64,000 nt of DNA, taken from Tubiluchus corallicola. Its lineage: Eukaryota > Animalia > Priapulida. This document shows, piece after piece, positions 11,357 to 20,556 of this stretch. The stretch covers positions 806,001 through 870,000 of the forward strand of contig JAQGDQ010000034.1 in the NCBI GenBank assembly GCA_030141605.1, given 5' to 3'. Under the pieces are notes generated by a model. The model did not search any database. It saw nothing but the letters and a program-made list of their open reading frames with translations, and was not told the DNA's origin. The position numbers were made by a program, and so were the translations under genes. Position 1 is the first letter of the stretch, and every line of letters begins with the position of its first letter.

Positions 11357-12211
11357 CTATATTTAAAGTCGCCTTTTAGATGAACAATTAACATAAGCTT
11401 AAAGAGCTAAAAGAGCTTTATGCCGACTGTAAATAACAAAATTTTGTACATATTAGAGACTATTATTACCTAGCTTTTACCCTAAATACTACAGGCCAAG
11501 GAGGGCAATGGTAGTTACCATTTTTAAAGTTTGGTAATACCCGGCCACAGTAGCGAACTCACGACCTGCTAGACGGAACAAGGATATGTTACCATTAGAC
11601 TAAACCGTCTGGTATAAAACTGCACCAAGTAATACAAATAAATAATTTCTAGGTTAACAGGTACCTGACAAAACAAAACAATAAAGAACTTATGATAGCC
11701 ACAAAATAAAATTATCAACAACTTAGATGTACTACAAACTTTCAGCTTAATATTAAATGTCAATGTTATATCAATTTAATATCAATACTACAAGACAAGC
11801 GGTCATTAGGTCATTAGGAGACACGCTCATTTTCCCCTGGACTCCTGAGTTGTATTGAAGCTGACGGTGGCCGGTAATAAAGTCACAGGAAAAAAGTCAC
11901 AATGTTGGCTAGGAAAAGTCACAATTAATTCTGGCTAGGCTTAGGTTATCTTTTTTCCTGTGACGTTTTTCGTCACTTTTTACCTGGATTTCTATTGAAT
12001 GGCCTTGAAACTTTTGCATAATCATGACACATAGGAAGCTTCACACTGTAATTGCTGATGGCAGCTTGCTTTAATACACAGGGTAACTAAAAAACTTACT
12101 GAGCAGCGAAGAGGGGTAGAAGCCCCCGGGTGGTGGGGCACCGGCGTTACTTGCTGCTGCTGCTGCTGCTGGACTTTTTGACGACGTTGACCTGTCACTA
12201 GGAGACTCCAT
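451..12211 (-). CDS. BAZ2B: BAZ2A/BAZ2B (toutatis)-like bromodomain adjacent to zinc finger protein, 5' part (12 coding exons; 3' end outside window)
   Basis: Exons 12211-12100, 9112-8951, 7806-7627, 6998-6592, 5275-5150, 4597-4123, 3496-3315, 2732-2568, 2382-2253, 1528-1360, 905-794 and 552-451 join in frame (2322 nt, 774 aa). The spliced peptide DEREVRIPLEYGWRRQTKIR...GEVLYFAPCGKKMKTYPEVQRYLDKNSITDISRDNFSFSTKINVGEF closely matches the BAZ2B MBD/TAM domain as recalled. The N-terminus begins MES and has a WW motif as in BAZ2B. Confidence 0.93.
608..699. repeat. 23-bp tandem repeat x4 (intronic)
   Basis: AAAGGTATTCCCTAGTATAATCT repeated four times, one substitution in the last copy. Confidence 0.95.
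794..905 (-). CDS. BAZ2B: BAZ2 exon, MBD/TAM core
   Basis: TTCAG acceptor, CGG|GTAATT donor; encodes (G)WRRQTKIRALSMSGVRGEVLYFAPCGKKMKTYPEVQR. Confidence 0.95.
1360..1528 (-). CDS. BAZ2B: BAZ2 exon with basic NLS-like stretch and start of MBD; GC splice donor
   Basis: Encodes ...SLRKRRRILRDEREVRIPLEY(G); donor GG|GCAAGT is needed to join to A-TGG of the next exon. Confidence 0.88.
2024..2146. repeat. ~58-bp tandem duplication (intronic)
   Basis: TCATCCCTTCACAAACCTGTCTCAGTGTTGCTTAA(T/C)TTCTACCTCAATTAGGAAAC present twice head-to-tail. Confidence 0.9.
2253..2382 (-). CDS. BAZ2B: BAZ2 exon
   Basis: TTACAG acceptor, G|GTGGGT donor; encodes GGGRGGRLTVKAMAAARKQQ...; phases match neighbours. Confidence 0.8.
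2568..2732 (-). CDS. BAZ2B: BAZ2 exon (poly-Q and RG-rich)
   Basis: TTGCAG acceptor, CGG|GTAAGT donor; encodes FLLEAQLKQQQQQ...GRGRGGGRGRGRGR. Confidence 0.85.
3315..3496 (-). CDS. BAZ2B: BAZ2 exon (not in ORF track)
   Basis: TTTCAG acceptor, AAG|GTATCA donor; open frame RPVDDNAVISSPSG...LEEQKAKQEELK; phase 1 in and 0 out fits both neighbours. Confidence 0.82.
4123..4597 (-). CDS. BAZ2B: BAZ2 exon (coiled-coil then Ser/Thr-rich)
   Basis: TTGCAG acceptor, G|GTGAGC donor; lies within the 164-aa ORF. Confidence 0.87.
5150..5275 (-). CDS. BAZ2B: BAZ2 exon (Ser/Asp-rich)
   Basis: TTGCAG acceptor, GAG|GTACTT donor; encodes EKTSKDKKASSDSDAES...AALRE. Confidence 0.85.
5818..6069. mobile_element. 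old hAT-like MITE
   Basis: CAGGG...CCCTG termini; flanking 8-mers ATGAAAAT and CTGAAAAC (6/8) suggest a decayed 8-bp TSD. Confidence 0.5.
6592..6998 (-). CDS. BAZ2B: BAZ2 exon (Ser/Thr-rich)
   Basis: CATAG acceptor, CAG|GTATGT donor; open frame includes the 118-aa ORF. Confidence 0.85.
7627..7806 (-). CDS. BAZ2B: BAZ2 exon (WW motif)
   Basis: TATAG acceptor, G|GTACGT donor; encodes GGMWWLNASEHVRRMAALNDY... Confidence 0.83.
8951..9112 (-). CDS. BAZ2B: BAZ2 exon
   Basis: TTTTAG acceptor, G|GTAAAA donor; encodes NRLFPTAPAGLPFGHFPGAYSMAHPAL... Confidence 0.83.
10432..10593 (+). mobile_element. short interspersed element with AAAAAGTCACAG subrepeats and a TAACCC core, copy 1
   Basis: GAATCCAGGTAAAAAAGT...TAACCCTAACCCCAATCCTAACCATAGCCAAAATTAAT...CCGGTCAC; homologous to 11868-11990 (inverted) and 40139-40289. 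Confidence 0.75.
11258..11355. repeat. (CTA)n(TAA)n microsatellite
   Basis: Directly visible trinucleotide runs. Confidence 0.95.
11470..11612 (-). mobile_element. tRNA-derived SINE with Meta-like central domain (degenerate)
   Basis: Minus strand shows A-box TAGTCTAATGG and B-box-like GAGTTCGCTAC, then GGCCGGGTATTACCAAACTTTAAAAATGGTAACTACCATTGCCCTCCTTGGC, resembling the MetaSINE core as recalled. Confidence 0.7.
11868..11990 (-). mobile_element. same short element family as 10432-10593, copy 2 (inverted)
   Basis: GGCCGGTAATAAAGTCACAGGAAAAAAGTCACA...TTTTTACCTGGATT is the reverse complement of copies 1 and 3. Confidence 0.75.
12100..12211 (-). CDS. BAZ2B: BAZ2 first coding exon (exon 12260-12100)
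   Basis: GAAATGG start context; encodes MESPSDRSTSSKSPAAAAAASNAGAPPPGGFYPSSLL; A|GTAAGT donor. TTTCAG acceptor at 12261-12262 implies an upstream non-coding exon. Confidence 0.8.
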
Positions 12212-12886
12212 TTCCTTCAGTTAGAAGCTGAGAGCTAGATAAGCTTCCATCAAAACACTCCTGAAAATCAGAAAGCAATTTCAATTTAGCATTAAAAATC
12301 ATCTTACATGCAGTTCATTAATTACACACTAAATGTACAGGAAGGTGGTAACCTAAAGAATCCTAAGTAGGTAATAATAATTCACGAATTTCGAATAACT
12401 TTTCTATATTTTGTAAACCTCTTTACTGCTTGTAATCATCTATACATTTTTTATTTAGTTCTTAATGTTTGTGCATTGTTTATTTTGTGTGCAATTGGTA
12501 GTTTTCTAATCATTTGCATATATAGTTTTTATTTAGTTTATACATGTATGTTAGCTTGAGTGTGTAGGCCTATTAGTAACGACATTGTTGTTTTATATCA
12601 GTTTTCCTAAACTGATAAATTTTATTGTATACAAATTTTAATGTAAATATGATTTTAATTTTATGTTAACATTGTATGTAACATTTGTAGCAATAAAGAA
12701 ATCTACTGTGCGTTACTGACTTATTGCAAGGCCAAAAACTGGAATCAAAACAATCTACTTTTTTACTCTAATTTTCTGCAATAGAGTGGACTAAACATGC
12801 GAATCTTTTCAAATTCTCAGCCTTGAAAGCCTCCAGTAGTAGAAAACAAAGGCACAGCTAAAAAACGCCACTTTCGGTAGACACAG

Positions 12887-13388
12887 ATAATTAGTAATGT
12901 CCCAAGCATTACTTTGCATAATTGGTAATGTCCCAAGCATTACTTTGCATAATTAGTAATGTCCCAAGCATTACTTTGCATAATTAGTAATGTCCCAAGC
13001 ATTACTTCACATAATTAGTAATGTCCCAAACAGTACTTCACATAATTAGTAATGCCCCAAACATTACTTCGCATAATTAGTAATGTCCCAAGCATTACTT
13101 TGCATAATTAGTAATGTCCCAAGCATTAGTTCGCATAATTAGTAATGTCCCAAGCATTACTTCGCATAATTAGTAATGTCCCAAGCATTACTTTGCATAA
13201 TTAGTAATGTCCCAAGCATTACTTCGCATAATTATTCGCATAATTAGTAATGTCCCAAGCATTACTTCACATAATTAGTAATGTCCCAAACATTACTTCG
13301 CCTAATCCCAAGCATTACTTCGCTTAATTAGTAATGTCACAAACATTACTTCACATAATTAGTAATGCCCCAAGCACTACTTCGCATA
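12887..13388. repeat. 31-bp minisatellite, ~16 copies, internally palindromic
   Basis: Unit ATAATTAGTAATGTCCCAAGCATTACTT(T/C)GC; no unique spacers. Confidence 0.95.
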
Positions 13389-16046
13389 CACGAATACTTC
13401 ATTACAACTGTAATTTCTTAATCATTGATCTCCGCCCTCCCTAATCAAGACACAATCCGTACAAACACCCTTCAAAGAAGCTGACAATGCACTCTTCCTA
13501 TGAACTACAGTTTTTTCACAAAATCGTTTCCTTGCAGACATTTTCCGACATTTTATTGAACACACAAGCCTTGCGTGATTGAGGAAATGCAGATTTTTTA
13601 TGATGTAAATTACCGCCGGGCACCACAGAGCGAGATTTGGTTACTCCAACAAGATTTTAGTCAATTATTATAATAAATCATGTAGCCTAGCAGGTGATTG
13701 TTAATTATCGAAAGAGATGCGCCAGACGAAGCCAGACAATGGCTTCTATGATAGCCAAAAAGCTACTACAAATTGCTAATGATTATAAACAGAACTTTCA
13801 CAAAAATTTCCCTACACTGAAGACATGTTACAAACAATGGGTTAATAAAGAGTTAAATAATAAAAATCAGTTGTAATAAAAATGCAATTTTAGTGAACTT
13901 TCTATCGCTTTTGTTAAAGTTCTGCGGACGAAAAGTCTTGCTTACAGATAATGTCTTTATTTTGCACATAATAATAATGTAAAAAAACGTATCAAAAGTC
14001 TGACTTTTTTAACTGGGATAGTAGTAAATACGTAAGAGCATTTCATTAACGCGAAACCCAGTGATCAGGTCACGAGCACGCCCTTGTGCTACATACGCAA
14101 ACCCCAGATAAAAGCTTCTCCAACCAAACTAAAAGAATCCTTTTCAATTACGAACAAGCAGTCAACAAGAGTTTTAAATATGGCCACTGCAAGTAGAGGC
14201 AATGAATCAGCGCTCGGATTAAACTATCAAGTGTTTAGCTTGTATTGATTGTCACTATGGTAAAATTGCGGAAGCACATTGCATCATGCCTGTATAGAGA
14301 CTGCAGAATCTCAATTTCTGTTTCATTCTCAGTCGATACCAGGCAGACTGAGCTGACTACTGCCTTCGTTTTCCAAATTTAATCAGATTCTGCACGTGAA
14401 ATCGATACAAAAAGCTACTCGAGACTTTATGAACATCAAAAATTCCAGCTGCGACAAAGGCTTCGCAGGCTTAACGCTATGCCGAGTGTTCACAAACGCG
14501 AATTTACACTTGCGCCACAACCCTGCAACGTTTCAATTGCTTCTCAAGCTTGAACAAAACATTGTTATGATCAAAGGACGAAACTTAGAAAGTAGAAAAG
14601 TCATTTCTTAATTTGTCTAATAGAAGGGGTCAGATATTATTGTAGCTACTAAGCATAATTTTCGCCGTCAAATTCACAAGTGTTTGTGTCATTTAGGGCC
14701 AATTTAAGTGCTTGTATAATTTATGGGCTTAAGAAGCAATCAAAATTCTATAGACGTTTAAATCTACGAGAGCCAAAAACCACTGAAAGTTGCTCACGCG
14801 TGAGAGTCTGAGAGATGCCCGTAAGTTATGCCAGTGCTAGACAGTGCTTCTCGAGACCCTCATGGACACTGTCCATAACAGATTACTGTACCGCCTCCAT
14901 GTTTATACACATGTGATTTAATCTACAAACTACATCACCATGTTAGATATTAAATAACTATGGAAGTTTTTGCTGAATCAAAGTGGTTTATTTATGATAT
15001 TGCAGCAATGATCAGGCTGAAATAACAACAACAAAATAATTACATGTAATACTGCCATACTGCATAGAGCGCAAGTACAAATATAAATGTTCCGAATTAT
15101 ACTAATTTAAGAATTGCTCCTTTAATCACAAAAGTAAAACTGCAAATAATATACCGTTCTAAATGTTAAACATCTGCTTGACAGTGCATTAAGTTCTTAT
15201 TGTTAAATGTGTTAAAAATTGCTTCCTGGCAAACAGCAAAACGGGTACTCTTCATATGCTGAAATCTTCGAGATCCTCTAGATATAGTAACAAAGTGGCT
15301 AATGTCTCAACCCTGGATACAGGAAATGGCTTGAATGGTCAGCTAAAGTGAGCTAAATAACTTGAAAAACAATGTGCACCGAAAGCAAGAATTTCCCTGC
15401 TATTTGACAACATGTTTCAGCCTTCTTAAGAATTGGTCTAGAGCTAAAAACGTATTAAATTGCTTTTGCTTCCACTAATCTAAACTGATACGTGACAACT
15501 CGATGCGAACATGTGAATGTTGTAAGTAAGTGGTTTGCATCAAAACAAATCAAGTTTGTGAAAAGCTAAAAAGTGAATACGAGAGAGTAAAAACCCGTAA
15601 TAAAAATTTTTGAAATTAAACTTGTTTAAAAACAAGTAAAAAGTAATACAGATTTACGACTAGACTTGAACTGAAAATCTTTAAGTCCAACTTTGCAACC
15701 ACATGAATACGCATTAAATCACAAAATCTCGTTGCCTATTTCTCGCGCAAATGGAAAAATTCTTCACAAATTGAATAAAGGAGAATTCCTCTGACCTTAT
15801 TTCAAAAATGTCGGCTTAAACTGAGACTACTCATCTTTTACCTAACGTTCATGGGGGTGTTGATAGACAGACTACGTATAGACAGACTGAAAATTAGGGT
15901 ATACTTATAAATATAGAGATTTAATTAGAGCTACTTGTAAACGTCATGGTAACCAATAACGTTTGGATGGAGATTAAGTCTTCTATGTACATGCTGTGCT
16001 TTATCCCACGTGAAACTGTATTGTAGGAAGTCAATACATATATATA

Positions 16047-16048
<2 letters not shown>

Positions 16049-16136
<88 letters not shown>

Positions 16137-16152
16137 CGTGTGTGTGCGCGTG
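16049..16152. repeat. (TG)n microsatellite
   Basis: Directly visible. Confidence 0.97.
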
Positions 16153-17947
16153 TCCTGTAAAACAATTGCCACTACAATATATGTTTTACGTTTTAACCTT
16201 TAATTTGGAAACACAAAAACGAGAGATTAGCAGTGCAGTATTCTACACAAGCAGCCTTAGTACACAGGGTAACGTACACGGAAATAAAGCGACAGTGTTT
16301 AATCATCTACACAGCGAGAAATCTACGTATTGGAGTTGTATTGAATATTATACACGGTTGTCATGGTACCCCAGCATCCATTTACAGCTGCTCCTATAGA
16401 TATATCAGGATGAAGACGATGATGCTTTCAGGTCGCTGTTAAACAGTAATCTGATTTATTCGGTATAATAAAAACAATTTGATAGCGAGCGCTTTGCTTT
16501 GATACATTTCAAGATACACGTAAGTTATTTAGAGTTTTGACAAAGGTAGCAGAGGCAGTGGTTGGCCTTGTTGCCACTGATGTGATGTCGATTGTCGAAT
16601 TGCTGAGAGTCAATAATATGTTATTAGTTCTTTGATCTGCAGGAACAGCTGTTTGATCAAGTGAATTACAGTTACAACCTTAAAATTATTGGCAAGCGAG
16701 AAGGAAATTTATAGAAAAAACAAACATAAATAAGAAAACATGAATTATGAATTTATTCCACAGCAACACAAACATACACAGAAATTATAAACTAAACGAG
16801 TTACTGTGAGGAGGAGGAAGGAGCATTGAGCTTTCGAGTCCTCCTCCAGATAAGTGGAACAATTGACAATTAACATTACATAGTATTTTCATGAGTTATA
16901 ACGTACATTAGAACAAAATAAGTTTTGTTAGTAACTTAAGATCAGGATGAGTAAAATTGTGAGTTAATTATATCGTTGTAGTAGGTAATTCTTTGATGTT
17001 TTTTTAAATTGATAGACAACGAAAACTGACATTCGAAAAGGCACCACGTTCAGCGATACACAATCTTATCTACATGCAGGGATAACAGAACTAATTTCAA
17101 ATCAAAAGCAAACTATAAGGTTATATCTTATGAAATAATGTTTCTTTTCAACAGGTGCATTTCCAAAAACTCGTGAGCAAGTTATTAAACTTTAGTCTCT
17201 GCATCAGGTAAATGTGGGTTTGCAACATTTGCTAAGAATGATCTTGACATTATGATTAAAATTTGACTAGCTAAAAAAATAAAAATAAATAAATAATCTA
17301 ATTAGGTAAAATCACTCTAGTGTAAGTGAAGTAACACAGTAAGTAAAGTAAGTAAAAAAAATTATTTGTCTCTGAATGTTACAAAATAAACATAAACAAA
17401 AGCTAAAAACTAAAATAAAGACGGAAAAGAGACGGGGTGACGAAAAGACCATGGGTCACCAAGTCAACCACCCCTATCCAAGCTGAAGAAAATTAAGCGA
17501 CCTGTCAAGTAAGGTATGTACAAATGAAAATAATCAGCAACTTAACAAAACAAAAAAAATGAGGCAACAAGTTCAAATGAGTTTAAATTTAGAAACAGTA
17601 AATAAATTTGGCAATGAGAATAGGCAAAATTTAAATTAGCAAACAAAACGGAAAATTTAGACTCATCAAAAACAAAATAAATAATTACATTTAAATCAAC
17701 AACTCAAACCAACATAAGAAGCAAAAAAATGAAGCAATGTCAAAACATGAGTAAATCATCACCAGGTCAAGTACCTTTATCCAAATTTAAAGGAAATTAT
17801 AAAGGAAAATAACCTGACAAGTACAGACAAGGAAAATTATAATAATCAACATATTAAAAATAAAAAGAAAGAAAATGGAAATGCTGAATTTGGTAACGCC
17901 AGCTATACGGGATGGACGTGGACTTTGGATTGCAATACCCACTGGAA

Positions 17948-18020
17948 AATGCGGTGGCCTAGTGGTTAAGGCGTCTGCAATGTAAGATGAAGATTCCCGG
18001 TTCAAGTCCAGGTGCGTCTC
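17948..18020 (+). pseudogene. tRNA-like sequence (pseudo-tRNA or SINE head)
   Basis: A-box TGGCCTAGTGG, D stem GCCT/AGGC, T arm CCCGG-TTCAAGT-CCAGG, downstream TTTTT; acceptor and anticodon stems poorly paired. Confidence 0.7.
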
Positions 18021-19220
18021 AACTTTTTCGCATTTTTGATCTTTTAAGTTGGATATCAAAAGTTAATTAATTGTGAACTTATGCCTTTACGTAGCAGGTG
18101 AAAACGTGCACAGGATTTAACATTCATTTTTTGACGATTTCAACGGTTCAAGAGGATGCTTTATGTAGATAATTGTGGTAGGATCGGAATCTAGATCTCC
18201 ATTAAATAGAATTATCTGAGATGGGTCACCGAACCAGCAGAAGTGGTTCAACCGCTCCCGGACTGCTTCTTACCGATAAGTTGCTTATTTATATAAGAAT
18301 CTGATTACAATCACCTTCAGGTAAATAATGACAGACGGTTTAACAATAAACTACTAGTGCCTAATCAGTTAAAACAGCGGGCGAGTGTGCCGCTAAACAA
18401 ATGAGAAGAGATAGGTTTTTAATCAGCCAGCGTGCAGCAGGCAGGCAGCAGCAGCTAGCTACAGTATGCGCACAAGATGATTGCAGCATTGCATGCCGCG
18501 TCCAATGATCTTTGTGCGAGAGACTCGCATTTTGCCAGTTTACTTGATTCCAATAGCAGACAAGCCGCCTTGCTCAGTCTCAATCACACACAGTAGCCAT
18601 TTTGATTCGCCTTTACTCAGCACAGACGTTCTCTCGAAAACGATGCGTTCGTTTTACCGTAAATTTCTTCGATTTCGCGTCGTTTTTACGAAGGGAAAGT
18701 GGACGAGAAAGATCACATACATCTAATACCCTGCCTGCTGATTTAATCAGACCGATCGTAGCCGAACTGTCATACAATTTGCGTTAAATGCCGTCGTAAT
18801 AACATTTTAACACCCGTATGCAAAATTAATACATTTTTTATCGGTTTCTGGGTCGAAGTTTGTGAATGAATTTGCTGGCATCGTGCCAGGTTAGTAGTAA
18901 ATTGAGTAGTAAAGGGGAAGGCAATGACGCCCGTCAATGGCCAGGGCAGAATTTTCCTAGCTTATTATTATACTTTACTGGATCGTATAATGAAATTGCT
19001 ATAGTGGAAACGATCTTCATCGAACAACTCAAATGCAAGGGAGAATTTTAAAAACACAACGTAACCACAAAGAGGGAAGCTTACAAAAACGCCGTTTCAA
19101 AAGTGGTGAACAAAAATAACAATTATGCTTCATTCACAGCAAGTGTGAACTATTCTTCCTGGCCTATTCCAGTAAAGTATTAGTTAACAGCCGTGAGTGC
19201 CAAAATAGCAGAAGGCGCTC

Positions 19221-19288
19221 ATTTTACGTGACCCTCACCCACCAAAAATGCATATTTTACGTGACCCTCACCCACCAAAAATGCATAT
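19221..19288. repeat. 33-bp tandem duplication
   Basis: ATTTTACGTGACCCTCACCCACCAAAAATGCAT twice. Confidence 0.92.
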
Positions 19289-20487
19289 AAGATTATAAAG
19301 TTTTATAAAGTCAACAAAAGTACTATAACTTTTTGTGCAAATTTGTATAATTTATCTTTTTCGTTTGTAGTATTAGCACGCGTGTGCACAAACAAATTAT
19401 GAATTTGAATTATAAAAAATCTCACACAGAAAAAAACAAATCCATATTATAGGAAACGTCCGACAGGGTATACATTTTATGAACTACAAACACGAAAATA
19501 AGTTTATGCAGTAGGAAGAAAGAAGCTTCATATCTAAATTTCTAAACCTCCTAAAGGGTCGAGCAAATGTTCACGTTGAATCAATTACCTTTATACTACT
19601 AATAAAGCCAATTATAAGTATTAACGATATAATAAGTAATCGATATTAGACAATCTCAGTTTGTTGCACATATAGCCCGTAGTGTAATATTACAGAACTT
19701 AGTTTACCATTAATAGTCGTGCATGATACGTCTCAGGAACAACACAATCATGCATCTGATCAATGTTAACCTATTTTGAGACGTATAATCAGCTTTCAAT
19801 GGCAGAAAGGGATCAGTTGTAAGCGTGCCGAAAAACCGTTTTTCAGCTAAAAGCAACCCCACGCGTGGTAAACATTAATGTAACGGTTGACACGACTGTT
19901 TGCAAATTGAAAAGCGGAAGGGATAAACAGGAGCAGAAAAAACACCCTTGCCCTTTCTCCCAATAGAATTTTGGGCCTTAAAATTTTTCAAACACTAACC
20001 GCTTTTTCAGAACTCTTTCCACAGTTTCACATGTTCACAGAATCGCGAGTCGCAAAAAGAAGAAGTGGACTAGTAACTTAGTCAAGAATAATTTTCCTAC
20101 TTGACGACAAATAATAAGGTTAGATTTTAAATAATAATTCACTACACAACGCACAAATTTCTATTTTACTAAATTGCCATAAGATACATATAATAATTAT
20201 CATTTTATATTATTATCAGAAGCGTGAATTAAACGCGTAAGACCTATATAAAGTACAGTAAGCACATAATGCGGGTGTGAAATACCTAACGAAAATGCTC
20301 AATACAAGAGTCATCGGCAACTTGAAACGTAAATATTTAGTACAAGCTACAAAGAGGAAGCGAATTCCAGTCTAAACGCAATCAGCACTTACGAAGTAAA
20401 CTTATCGGACTTCAAACTCAGGTAAACAAACAATAATTAGTGCGATAAACGAGTGGAAACAGCCGAGTGAGCATAGTACATGTGATT

Positions 20488-20556
20488 GGTGACCGAAGTT
20501 AAGCAACACTTAGCCGATTACGAAATAGAAGGTGACTACCAGAAAACTCTTCTGTG
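20488..20556 (+). pseudogene. 5S rRNA-derived fragment (SINE3-like head or 5S pseudogene)
   Basis: GTGACCGAAGTTAAGCAACACTTAGCCGATTACGAAATAGAAGGTGACTACCAGAAAACT resembles the 5S internal control region (box A GAAGTTAAGC; decayed box C). Confidence 0.55.

Noticed and set aside
12887-13388. CRISPR array (31-bp palindromic repeats)
   Set aside because: Units are contiguous with no unique spacers, there are no cas genes, and the context is a spliceosomal-intron animal locus
15921-16399. ORFs with HT/CV dipeptide runs (also 50827-51042)
   Set aside because: Translations of (TG)n microsatellites
17948-18020. Functional tRNA gene (also 58007-58072)
   Set aside because: Acceptor and anticodon stems do not pair properly in the first; the second lacks the variable loop and most of the 5' T-stem
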